32,000 nt of DNA from Microcystis aeruginosa NIES-2549 (lineage in GTDB: Bacteria; Cyanobacteriota; Cyanobacteriia; Cyanobacteriales; Microcystaceae): positions 2,970,001-3,002,000 of the forward strand of contig NZ_CP011304.1 of assembly GCF_000981785.2 (NCBI RefSeq), read 5' to 3'. Made by a program: the position numbers and the translations under genes. The notes beneath the pieces are model-generated. The model saw nothing but the letters and a program-made list of their open reading frames with translations. It ran no database searches and had not been told where the DNA came from. Of this stretch, positions 1 through 11,900 are shown piece after piece. Every line of letters begins with the position of its first letter. Positions within the stretch are counted from its first letter, which is position 1.

Positions 1-2905
1 TTGGTCAATGGGAGTATTGCTCAAAGAATTGTCAAGTTTATATCAAGGATTTTTGCTTGATGATGGTTCTGTTCTCTCAGAATTGCCGATTCAATATGCC
101 GATTTTACAATTTGGCAACGGCAATGGTTACAAGGAGAAACTCAAGGTTTTATCACCATCCAAAACCAAATTAATTACTGGAAACAACAGTTAGCCGCAG
201 CCCCTCCTTTGCTAGAATTACCTACGGACAGACCCCGTCCCTCTGTGCAAACTTTCCGAGGTGGATGTTTTTCCTTCCAGTTAGATGCCAAACTGACAGC
301 ATCTCTAAAAGAACTCAGCCACAAATCAGCAACTACCCTATTTATGACGTTGATGGCGGCTTATGTTACTCTATTATTCCGCTATAGTGGTCAAGATGAT
401 ATTCTGGTAGGAACACCGATTGCTAATCGCAACTATCAAGAATTAGAAGGATTAATTGGCTTTTTTGTCAATACCCTAGTGATGCGAACTCGCTTAGAAG
501 GTAATCCCAGTTTTGAAGAATTATTAAGACAAGTGCGTTCTGTTTGTACGAATGCTTATGCTAACCAAGACGTTCCTTTTGAGCAGATTATCGAAACTTT
601 GCAAATAGAGCGCAGTCTTAGTCACAGTCCTTTGTTTCAGGTGATGTTTGTTTTACAAAATGTGGCAATGGAGGAATTAGAAAATCCTGAGTTAAAAATA
701 TCGCATCTACCTCTAGATAATGTTAACGCCAAGTTTGATATCACCTTACAAATGTGGGAAACAAATACAGAAGAAGGCAACTCTCTCCAAGGATTTTGGC
801 AATATAATACAGATTTATTTGATCAAAACACAATTGCTCGCATGACTGGTCATTTTCAGACATTATTAGAGACAATTGTTACTAATCCGCAAGAGTCGGT
901 AGGAACCTTGCCATTACTAACAAAAAAAGAGCGTTATCAACTGTTATTAGAATGGAATAATACTGATACACCATACAGTTATACTCAGTGTATTCATCAG
1001 TTATTTGAAGAGCAGGTAAAACGGACTCCTGATGCTGTAGCTGTAGTATTTAAAGGTGAAAAATTAACCTATAATGAGTTAAATCATCGAGCTAATCAGT
1101 TAGCGCATTATTTGCAATCTTTGGGAGTAAAACCTGATCAATTAGTGGGGATTTGTCTTGAGCGTTCTTTAGAGATGATTGTGGGGTTATTGGGGATATT
1201 AAAAGCGGGTGCTGCTTATGTTCCTCTTGACCCAGAATATCCGATTGAACGGTTAAGCTTCATGTTAGAAGATGCTCAATTATCAGTGCTGTTAACGCAA
1301 CAAAAGCTAGGAGAAACTCTACCTCAACATCAAGCGCAGATTATTTATTTAGATACCGACTGGGAAAAAATTGCCGAAAACAGCCATTCCAATCTAGAAA
1401 ACAGGGTCACTCCAGATAACTTAGCTTATGTTATTTACACTTCCGGTTCCACAGGTAAACCGAAAGGGGTGTTAGTCAATCACTCCAATGTCGTGCGATT
1501 ATTTGCCGCTACAGATGCTTGGTATAATTTTAGTAGTCAAGATGTCTGGACTCTATTTCATTCCTACGCTTTTGACTTTTCGGTGTGGGAAATGTGGGGA
1601 GCTTTGTTATATGGTGGACGCTTGGTAGTTGTCCCCTACTTAATAACTCGTTCCCCCGAAGCATTTTATCAGCTATTATGTCAAGAAAAAGTAACAATTC
1701 TTAATCAAACTCCTACCGCTTTCCGTCAGTTAATTCAAGCTGAAGAATCCTTAAAAGGAAGTTTTCCCCCCTTATCAAGGGGGGTTAGGGGGGATCGTTC
1801 ATCGACAACAGATAACGATTTAAGCTTACGTTTAGTTATTTTTGGAGGAGAAGCTTTAGAAATTAACAGCTTACAACCTTGGTTTCAGCGCCATGGCGAC
1901 CAATGCCCCCAATTAGTTAATATGTACGGAATTACAGAAACTACCGTTCATGTCACCTATCGACCATTAAGTATGACCGACTTGGATAGTACAGCTAGTG
2001 TGATTGGTCGTCCCATTCCCGACTTACAAGTATATTTACTAGACCAACATTTACAACTTGTACCGGTTGGTGTACCTGGGGAGATGTATGTGGGGGGTGC
2101 AGGAGTAACAAAAGGTTATCTCAATCGTCCTGAATTAACAACAGAAAGGTTTATTTCTAGTCCTTTTGAGAAGGATGAAGTGATCCCCCCAACCCCCCTT
2201 AATAAGGGGGGCAATGAGCCGTCAAAATTATATAAAACGGGAGATTTAGCCCGTTATTTACCTAAGGGAGAATTAGAATATTTAGGACGCATTGATAATC
2301 AAGTTAAGATTCGGGGTTTTCGGATTGAGTTGGGGGAAATCGAAGCATTATTAGCATCTCATCCCCAGATTTGGGAAACAGTAGTAATAGTGAGGGATGA
2401 TACAACAGGAGATAAGCGTCTTGTGGCCTACATTGTGCCACAATCGGAAAAAATAATTACCATTAACGAAATACGGCAATTTCTGAAAGCTAAATTACCC
2501 AGTTACATGATACCTAATGCTTTCGTTATTTTAGATGCCTTACCCCTTACTGCTAATGGAAAAATAGATCGTCGAGCTTTACCACCACCAGAATCTAGTA
2601 GTGAACCATCAGAAAAATATGTTGCTCCGCGTAACCCGATCGAGGATATATTAGTAACTGTTTGGTCAGAAGTGCTAAAAGTCGAGAAAGTGGGTATAAA
2701 TGATAACTTCTTTGAGTTGGGAGGACATTCCCTACTAGCCACTAAATTAGTAGCACAGATACGCAATCGCTTGAAAGTTGAACTTCCCTTACGTCAGTTA
2801 TTCAACTCGGCCACACTAGCAGAATTAGCCCAAGGGATTGAACAGTTAAAACAGGAAAAATCCGCTCCCATCGTTCCAGCCATTTTACCAAGAAAAAGAA
2901 AATGA
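1..2905 (+). CDS. mcnA: NRPS, 3' part (partial at window edge): C(partial)-A(Thr)-T module, McnA-like cyanopeptolin/micropeptin synthetase subunit
   Basis: The reading frame is open to the window start. Codons before the ATG at 8 read W-S, the tail of the C-domain HHxxxDGWS motif. A-domain cores are YTSGSTGKPKG (~1437-1470), YKTGDL and GRIDNQVKIRGFRIELGEIE. The PCP motif FFELGGHSLLA lies at ~2709-2740. By-eye Stachelhaus residues D-F-W-N-I-G-M-V-H match the Thr code. The stop overlaps the next start (ATGA at 2902-2905). The symbol is inferred from architecture and is equivalent to ociA/apdA. Confidence 0.85.
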   Translation, partial: WSMGVLLKELSSLYQGFLLDDGSVLSELPIQYADFTIWQRQWLQGETQGFITIQNQINYWKQQLAAAPPLLELPTDRPRPSVQTFRGGCFSFQLDAKLTASLKELSHKSATTLFMTLMAAYVTLLFRYSGQDDILVGTPIANRNYQELEGLIGFFVNTLVMRTRLEGNPSFEELLRQVRSVCTNAYANQDVPFEQIIETLQIERSLSHSPLFQVMFVLQNVAMEELENPELKISHLPLDNVNAKFDITLQMWETNTEEGNSLQGFWQYNTDLFDQNTIARMTGHFQTLLETIVTNPQESVGTLPLLTKKERYQLLLEWNNTDTPYSYTQCIHQLFEEQVKRTPDAVAVVFKGEKLTYNELNHRANQLAHYLQSLGVKPDQLVGICLERSLEMIVGLLGILKAGAAYVPLDPEYPIERLSFMLEDAQLSVLLTQQKLGETLPQHQAQIIYLDTDWEKIAENSHSNLENRVTPDNLAYVIYTSGSTGKPKGVLVNHSNVVRLFAATDAWYNFSSQDVWTLFHSYAFDFSVWEMWGALLYGGRLVVVPYLITRSPEAFYQLLCQEKVTILNQTPTAFRQLIQAEESLKGSFPPLSRGVRGDRSSTTDNDLSLRLVIFGGEALEINSLQPWFQRHGDQCPQLVNMYGITETTVHVTYRPLSMTDLDSTASVIGRPIPDLQVYLLDQHLQLVPVGVPGEMYVGGAGVTKGYLNRPELTTERFISSPFEKDEVIPPTPLNKGGNEPSKLYKTGDLARYLPKGELEYLGRIDNQVKIRGFRIELGEIEALLASHPQIWETVVIVRDDTTGDKRLVAYIVPQSEKIITINEIRQFLKAKLPSYMIPNAFVILDALPLTANGKIDRRALPPPESSSEPSEKYVAPRNPIEDILVTVWSEVLKVEKVGINDNFFELGGHSLLATKLVAQIRNRLKVELPLRQLFNSATLAELAQGIEQLKQEKSAPIVPAILPRKRK
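1766..1803 (-). repeat. Inverted-orientation relative of the palindromic cassette core, in frame inside the McnA-like A domain (FPPLSRGVRGDRSS)
   Basis: ccccccttatcaaggggggttaggggggatcgttcatc aligns with the reverse complement of the cassette core (ccccccttattaaggggggttggggggatcacttcatc). It lies between the TPTAFRQL and LVIFGGEA regions, a stretch that is shorter in the other A domains. Confidence 0.75.
2168..2227 (+). repeat. 60-bp in-frame cassette (EKDEVIPPTPLNKGGNEPSK) with palindromic core, copy 1 (A domain of McnA-like)
   Basis: Sequence gagaaggatgaagtgatccccccaaccccccttaataaggggggcaatgagccgtcaaaa. It contains the near-perfect palindrome cccccctta-a-taagggggg. It sits in the variable loop between A6 (GYLNRPELT) and A7 (LYKTGDL). 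Confidence 0.9.
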
Positions 2906-5900
2906 ATTTTGAAGAATTACCTTTATCTTATGCCCAACAGCGTTTATGGTTCTTAGATCAATTAGAACCAAACAGTCCCTTTTATAATATTTCCCTGGCC
3001 TTGCATTTAGCAGGAAATCTCCAGGTAGATGTCCTCGAAAAAAGCCTACAAGAAATTATTCAGCGCCATGAGTCCCTCCGCACAAATTTCGCCACTATTG
3101 AGGGAAATCCTGTACAAATAATCAAACCAGAAAGTAATTGGCAATTAACGCTTGTCAATGGGAAAGACAGCCCAAAATATCGAGAAGAGCAGGAAATAAA
3201 AAAATGGCTAGAAATTCACAGCCATCAACCCTTTGATTTGGCCAATGACTCCCTAATTAGAGTCACCCTACTTAAGTTATCAGACACAGAACATTTTTTG
3301 CTGATTTGTCTGCACCATATTGTCTCTGATGGTTGGTCAATGGGGGTATTTATTGAGGAATTGACAACCCTTTATAATGCCTATACTAAAGGTTTAGAAC
3401 CTCTTTTACAAGAGTTACCAATCCAGTACGCAGATTTTGCAATTTGGCAAAGGGAATATTTACAGGGAGAAATCCGACAAAATCAGTTAAATTACTGGCA
3501 AAAACAGTTAGCAGCAGCACCCGCTTTATTACATCTACCTACGGATTATCCCCGTCCTCTACAACAAAGTTTTCAGGGAGATCGGATAAAATGTATCCTT
3601 TCTCCAGAACTTAGTCAAGGCTTAAATAAGCTGAGTCGGGAAAAAGGTGTCACCTTATTTATGACCCTCCTGACCGCATTTAAGGTCCTACTCTATCGTT
3701 ACACAGGACAAACAGACATTTTAGTCGGTACTCCCATCGCTAACCGTACTCGTAGTGAATTAGCTGGGTTAATCGGCTTTTTTGTCAATACCTTAGTCTT
3801 AAGAACAGATTTAGCCAGAAATCCCAGTTTTAGCGAGTTATTAAAACAGGTACGAGAAACAGCAACGGATGCTTACGACCATCAAGATTTACCTTTTGAG
3901 ATGTTAGTAGAGGCCCTACAACCTGAAAGAAACATGAGTTATACTCCTTTGTTTCAGGTGATGTTTGGGTTAGATAATGAAATTGTAGATAGCATAGATT
4001 TAGAAGGAATAAAAGCCACTCGTCAGCCTTTAGAATTTAAGACATCTAAGTTTGACTTAAGTTTATCTATACAGGTAAAAGAAGCTGGATTAACTGCGAT
4101 TTGGGAATATAATACAGATCTGTTTGACAAAAGCACAATTGAGCGACTATCAGAGCATTTTGTTAACCTATTAACTGGGATCATTGCTAATCCAGAACAA
4201 GTAATTGGTCAATTACCTTTACTAACAAAAAGCGAGAGTAATCAGTTATTATTTGATTGGAATCAGACTAAAATTGACTACAAAAATGATTTATGTCTGC
4301 ATCAGTTGTTTGAACAACAAGTAAAACAGAATCCACAGGCGATCGCTGTTAGACTAGAAGATGAATTTTTAACCTACGATGAGTTAAACTGTAAGGCTAA
4401 TCAGTTAGCCCATTACCTACAATCTTTAGGGGTAAAATCCGAGAGTTTAGTCGGGATTTTTGTTGAACGTTCCCTAGACATGATTATCGGAATCCTGGGA
4501 ATACTTAAAGCAGGGGGAGCTTACGTTCCTTTAGATATTAATTATCCAAAAGAGCGAATTACCTATATTCTTGAAGATACTCAACTTAGTATTCTCCTGA
4601 CTCAATCACAACTTCTGGAACAATTACCAGCATTTCAAGGAACAACCATCTGTTTAGACCAAGACTGGTCAACAATTGCCAAACAGAGTACAGTTAACCC
4701 TTTGGTAGCAGTTGAGCAGCACAATTTAGCCTATCTTATCTACACCTCTGGCTCCACAGGTCAACCCAAAGGGGTAATGATTGAACATCGCTCAGTAGTC
4801 AACTATATACTGACTACTATTCGAGAGTATGGTATTACCTCAGAGGATCAAATTCTGCAATGTTCCTCTATCTGCTTTGATGCTTCCGTTGAAGAAATCT
4901 TTGTTAGTTTGTTATCGGGTGCGACCTTGGTATTGCGAACAGAAGAGATGTTGCGCTCTAGTGAGGATTTTTGGCAATGTTGTCAAAAATGGCAATTAAC
5001 AGTTTTGGGTATTCCTACTGCCTATTGGCATCAATTAGCCTCTGAATTAACCCCTGATACCCTGCCAATTCTCTCAAAGATTAAACTAATTGTCATTGGT
5101 GGGGAAGCTATTCAACCGGCAAAAGTACAGCAATGGCAAACAATCACAGGCCAATATTCCCCTCTTCCTCGACTATTCAATGCTTACGGACCAACAGAAG
5201 CAACCATTGCGGCGACTTTCTCCGAATTTACTTCACCAACTATAACCAATATTCCCATTGGGCGACCCATCAGTAATACTCAGGTTTATATTCTTGATGC
5301 TTGCTTACAACCTGTTCCTGTGGGGGTAGCTGGAGAATTACATATTGGTGGTATGGGATTAGCGCGGGGTTATTTTAATCGTCCAGAATTAACTCAAGAG
5401 AAATTTATCCCTAATTCTTTTGAGAAGGATGAAGTGATCCCCCCAACCCCCCTTAATAAGGGGGGCAATGAGCCGTCAAAATTATATAAAACGGGAGATT
5501 TATGTCGGTATTTACCCGACGGTAATATTGAGTATTTAGGACGGATTGACAATCAAGTAAAAATTCGGGGTTTTCGCATTGAATTGGGAGAAATTGAAAC
5601 CGTTCTTAGTCAGCACAATGCAGTAAAAACGGCTGTTGTTATTGCCCAAGAAGATGAGACAAATCAGAAACGTTTAGTCGCCTATATTATTCCCAAAATA
5701 GAGATTATTTCCGCCCCAAAAGAGGAAAATTCGCTTAATGTTACTGAACTGCGGCAATTCCTGAAAGCCAAGTTACCAGAGTATATGATTCCTAGTGCCT
5801 TTGTCATTTTGGAATCCCTACCCTTAACGCCCAATGGTAAGATCGATCATCGTGCTTTACCGGCTCCCGAATTCCAAAGCCAAGAGCAGTATATCGCGCC

Positions 5901-8900
5901 GCGTAACCCCATTGAGGAGATATTATCCTCGATTTGGGCAAAAGTGCTAAAAGTTGCACAGGTGGGAATTCACGACAACTTCTTTGAGTTAGGTGGACAT
6001 TCATTATTAGCAACGCAACTAATTTCGCGCATCCGTGAGGCTTTTCAGGTAGAAATGCCCTTACGCGAGTTATTTGTTGCACCGACAATCGCCGAATTGT
6101 CCCAAGAAATAAAACGGCTTTCCGAAGGAGAACAACTAACTGAACTGCCGATTTTACCCAGGGACAAAGCAGCAGAATTACCCTTATCTTTTGCTCAGAC
6201 TCGTCTCTGGTTTTTGGCTGAATTTGAGTCGAATAGTTCTTTTTATAATATCCCCCTAGCCTTGCGTTTAGAGGGAACTTTAAACTCAGAAATCTTAATC
6301 CAGAGTTTAGAAGAAATTTGTGATCGCCACGAAGCTTTACGCACCAACTTTATTACCGTTGATGGTATCCCTACCCAGGTTGTACAAGCACGAAACTGGA
6401 CAGTTACGGTTGTTGATTTACAGCATTTATCTGGTAGTGAAAAAGTAATTGCCTCCCAAGAGTTAGCACAAAATCAAGCGATTCAACCCTTTGACTTAGC
6501 TCGTGAACCCTTAATCAGAATCACTTTAGTGGTGTTATCTGAAACGGAACATCTCTTATTAGTCTGTATGCACCACATTGTCAGTGATGGCTGGTCAATG
6601 GGGGTATTTCTTCAGGAACTAACCGCCCTCTATAATGCCTATATTCAGGGTTTATCTTCGCCTCTAAATCCCCTATCTATCCAGTATGGAGATTTTACCC
6701 TTTGGCAAAGACAATGGCTGCAGGGAGAGGTATTGCAACAGCAACTAGACTACTGGCAAAAACAGTTAGCCGGCGCACCGGCCCTCCTATCTTTACCAAC
6801 AGATAGACCTCGACCCAATCAACAAAGTTTTGCTGGGGGACATTTACCCTTTAGCCTTTCCCTAGAATTAACCGAAAAACTGACCCAATTAACCCAGGAA
6901 CAGGGTGTCACCTTATTTATGACCCTGTTAACAGCTTATGCTGTCTTACTTTACCGTTATACAGAACAGGAAGACATCTTAATTGGTACTCCCATTGCTA
7001 ACCGTAATCGCAGTGAACTTGAAGGTTTAATCGGCTTTTTTGTCAATACTTTGGTTCTGCGAATTGACTTGTCAGGTAAGCCCAATTTTAATCAGTTATT
7101 GGGTCGAGTACGGGAAATGGCAATGGATGCCTATGCTCATCAGGATTTGCCCTTTGAAATGTTAGTAGAAGTCCTACAACCTGAACGAGATTTAAGTCAC
7201 GCGCCTTTATTTCAAGTGGATTTTCTGCTGCAAAATAGTCCTCCGTCTCCCTTGGAACTAACAGGCTTAACTGCCACTCCCCTCACCACGGAAAATGAGA
7301 CCGCCAAATTTGATCTAACCCTGGCGATGGAGAATACTGGTGCAGAATTAAAAGGGGTATGGGAATATAATACCGATTTATTTGATCGCAGCACCATTGA
7401 GCGATTAACAGGAAATTTCATCACCCTACTAGAAGCATTAGTTGTTAACCCGCAGCAGCCAATCTTTCAACTACCATTATTAACCGAAGTAGAGGCAAAA
7501 GAATTATTAAAAGACTGGAATGCCACCGAAAAAGAATATCCTTTACATCAGTGTATTCATCATTTATTTGAAGAACAAGCAGCACGAACACCAGCTGCAG
7601 TAGCAGTGGTCTTTGAAGGTCAAGAATTAACCTATCAAGAATTAAATATCCAGGCGAATCAATTAGCCCATTATTTACAATCTTTGGGGGTAAATTCAGA
7701 AGTTTTAGTTGGTATTTATCTAGAGCGGTCGCTGTTAGTTATTGTCGGATTATTGGCAGTTCTCAAAGCTGGAGGAGCCTATATACCTTTAGATCCAGAT
7801 TATCCCCAGCAACGGTTGACTTATATGGCAGAAGATGCCCAAATTTCTCTACTGCTAACTCAAGAAAGTTTACTCGATTCTTTGCCAGTAGAAGATCTAG
7901 GGGTAATTGTCTTAGATAAATTAGCCGAAAAATTGACGGTTCAAAGTCCAGAAAATCCCCTCAGTGAAGTGGTTCCAGAAAATCTACTATGCCTATTATA
8001 TACATCTGGTTCAACCGGTAAACCTAAAGGAGTGATGTTAACTCACGCAGCCTTAGTTAATCATAGTTGGGGCATTAGTGAAGTATTCGGTTTAACAGAA
8101 TCTGATCGCGTTTTACAGTTTGCTTCCTTTGGTTTTGATGTCGCCGCCGAAGAAATTTTCCCCACCTGGTTAAAAGGTGGCACAGTGGTCTTAAGACCAG
8201 GGCAAATGTTCCCAACTTTGACTGATTTTGCCGATTTTATCGAACAAGAAAGCCTCACCGTTTTAAATATTACCCCCGCCTATTGGCATGAATGGGCAAT
8301 CGCCGTTTCCCAATCATTAGCTACTGTACCATCCAGTCTGCGAGTTGTGGCCGTGGGAGGGGATGCAGTGTTACCAGAAACCGTCAATATTTGGCGACAA
8401 ATGGTCGGGAAACGGGTTGAATGTATTAATGTCTATGGCCCCACAGAAGCGTCTGTAACCGCCATAGTTCATGACTTGCTAGATTATCAGTCAGAGAAAA
8501 TCAATTCAGTGCTGATTGGTCGTCCTATTGCTAACACAAAAGCATACATACTAGATCAAAATCTGCAACCTGTACCCATTGGAGTTAAGGGAGAATTGCA
8601 TCTATGCGGTGTTCGTTTAGCGCGGGGTTATCTGAATCGTCCCGAATTGACTGCTGAAAAATTTATTGACAATCCCTTTGCTAATGCAGCTTTCAATCGG
8701 TTGTATAAAACGGGAGATTTAGCGCGTTATTTACCCGATGGTAATATTGAATGTTTTGGCCGGATTGACAATCAGGTTAAAATTCGCGGATTCCGTATTG
8801 AGTTAGGAGAAATTGAAGCGGTACTTAACCAAAATATTGATGTACAAACATCTTGTGTGATTATTCGGGAAGATACTCCGGGGGATAAATATTTAGTCGC

Positions 8901-11900
8901 CTACATAGTAGCTCATTACGAACGCATACCGATGATTAGTGAACTGCGTCAGTTTCTGTCCAGTAAATTGCCTCTGTATATGGTTCCTCAAGCTTTTGTT
9001 TTTCTGGAATCTTTACCCCTTACTACTAATCGTAAGGTAGATCGTCGCGCTTTACCCGCACCAGATAAAATAGGAAATCGCCGGGATCAATATGTAGCAC
9101 CACGCAATGGAATTGAGGAGATGTTGGTGCAAATTTGGACAGAAATACTCAAAATAGAGCAAGTGGGAATTTATGATAATTTCTTTGAAATTGGCGGCCA
9201 TTCTCTCCTCGCAACTCAATTAGTTTCTCGGATTCGGAGTTTATTTAAAATAGAACTACCTTTGCGGAGTTTATTTGCAGCAGCTACGGTAGCCGAATTA
9301 GCGCATCTTATTGGACAATTACAGCAGCAAAATCTCACTCTAACAGTACCCCCGATTTTACCGAGAACTAAGGATACAGAACTACCTCTATCTTTTGCTC
9401 AACAGCGTTTATGGTTTTTAGATCAATTGCAACCAAATAGCGCTTTATACAATATACCGATGGTGTTGCATTTCCGAGGCAACCTCAATCAAAAGGCCTT
9501 AGAACAAAGTTTACGAGAAATCTGTGATCGCCATGAAGTATTACGGACTAATTTTGTCACGATTGATGGACAACCGACTCAGATTATTCAAACAACAAGG
9601 GAGACAATATCGGTCGTTGATTTACAAGATTTACCCATCCATGAACAAGAAGAAAAAACAGAGCAATTAAAGCAAAAACAAGCCACTCAACCCTTTGATT
9701 TAGCCAAAGAATCCTTAATCAGAATCACTTTAGTGGTGCTATCGGAGACGGAACATCTCTTATTAGTGTGTATGCACCACATTATTAGTGATGGTTGGTC
9801 AATAGAAGTATTTATTCACGAATTGACCACCTTATACAATGCTTATGTGCAGAATCATCCCGCAAATTTAGCTCCTTTACCGATTCAGTATGCAGATTTT
9901 GCAGTTTGGCAAAAACAATGGTTACAAGGGGATGTCCTACAAAGTCAATTAAATTACTGGCAAAATCAACTAACAGCTGCACCCCCTTTATTATCGCTTC
10001 CCACAGACCACCCTCGGCCTGCGGTGCAAAGCTTTGTCGGTACTCAGCAAGAATTTTCCCTTTCCCCCAAACTTAGCCAAGCTTTGACCGAATTGAGTCG
10101 CCAACAAGGGGTGACATTATTTATGACGCTGTTGGCTGCTTTTGATGCTTTATTGTATCGTTATACAGGGTCAAGTGATATTTTAGTAGGAACTCCCATC
10201 GCTAACCGGAATCGCGGTGAAATTGAGGGTTTAATCGGCTTCTTTGTTAATACTTTAGTGATGCGGACGGATTTATCAGATAATCCGAGTTTTAGTCAGT
10301 TATTAACCCGGGTTCGGGAAGTGACAATGGATGCTTATGCACACCAAGACTTACCCTTTGAAATGTTAGTCGAAGCGTTGCAACCAGAACGGGATTTGAG
10401 CCATACTCCCCTATTTCAAGTCGCTTTTGTCCTGCAAAATACACCTAAGTCTGAGATTGGAATGACGGGATTAACGGTGACAGATTTGCCACCGGAAAAT
10501 ACTACAGCTAAATTTGATTTAACCTTAGCTATGGTTAACACCGATGATGGCTTAAAAGGTGTCTGGGAATATAATACTGATTTGTTTGAGAGTAGCACTA
10601 TTGAGCGATTATCTGGGCATTTTCTCAACTTATTAGGGGGAATTGCGGCCAATCCTCAAGCGCGGATTTCCCAATTACCCTTACTGACAGAAAGTGAGAC
10701 TAATCAGTTATTAATTGAGTGGAACAATACTCAAGTTGACTATCCTGAGTATAAGTGTATTCATCAATTATTTGAGGAACAGGTAAAACGCACACCCGAC
10801 GCGGTAGCGGTGGTCTGTTCAGATCAACAATTAACCTACAATGAATTAAATTGTCGTGCTAATCAATTAGCTCATTACCTGCAAAAATTAGTAGTAAAAC
10901 CAGATGAATTAGTGGGGATTTGTCTAGAGCGTTCCTTAGACATGATTGTGGGATTATTGGCTATTCTTAAAGTCGGTGGAGCTTATGTTCCTATTGACCC
11001 AGATTATCCCCAAGAACGCATTAGCTTCATGCTCCAAGATACCCAAGTTAAAATAATATTAACCTGCGAATCTTTACAGAATTCCTTGCCAAATCATCAG
11101 ACTATTGTTATCTGTTTAGACAAAGATTGGGAACAAATTAATCAGGCAAGTCCGGAGAATCTGAACAGCACAGTTTCTGCGGATAATTTAGCCTACGTTA
11201 TTTATACTTCTGGTTCTACAGGAATACCCAAGGGTGTTATCGTCACTCATCAAGCAGTTAATCGACTGGTATTAAATACTAATTACATCCAGTTTACTCC
11301 TGATGACCGCGTTGTTCAAGCGTCTAATATTGCTTTTGATGCCGCTACTTTTGAAATTTGGGGGGCTTTACTTAACGGTGCTAAGATTGTTATTATCGCT
11401 AAATCAGTTTTGCTCTCACCCCAAGAATTGGCACTAAGCTTAAAGGAAAATCGGATTAGTGTCTTATTTTTAACCACAGCACTTTTTAATCAGTTAGCCA
11501 ATTTAGTTCCGCAAGCTTTTAGTAGCTTACGCTGCTTACTATTTGGGGGTGAAGCAGTTGAACCAAAATGGGTACAAGAGGTACTAGAAAAAGGTGCGCC
11601 ACAACGGTTGCTTCATGTCTATGGTCCAACGGAAAATACAACGTTTTCTTCCTGGTATTTAGTGGAAAACGTAGCTTCTACAGCCACAACTATTCCCATT
11701 GGTAAAGCGATTGCCAATACCCAAATCTATTTGCTGGATAAAAATCTCCAACCTGTCCCGATTGGTGTAGTAGGAGAATTACATATTGGTGGCGCAGGAT
11801 TAGCCAAAGGTTATCTCAATCGTCCCCAATTAACCCAAGAAAAATTTATTCCTAATCCTTTTGAGAAGGATGAAGTGATCCCCCCAACCCCCCTTAATAA

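Noticed and set aside
2168-2227. The possibility that EKDEVIPPTPLNKGGNEPSK is an ordinary conserved A-domain motif
   Set aside because: It is absent from three of the six A domains in the window, including one that is otherwise about 99.5% identical to a carrier. The three copies are nucleotide-identical, while the flanking codons have diverged.
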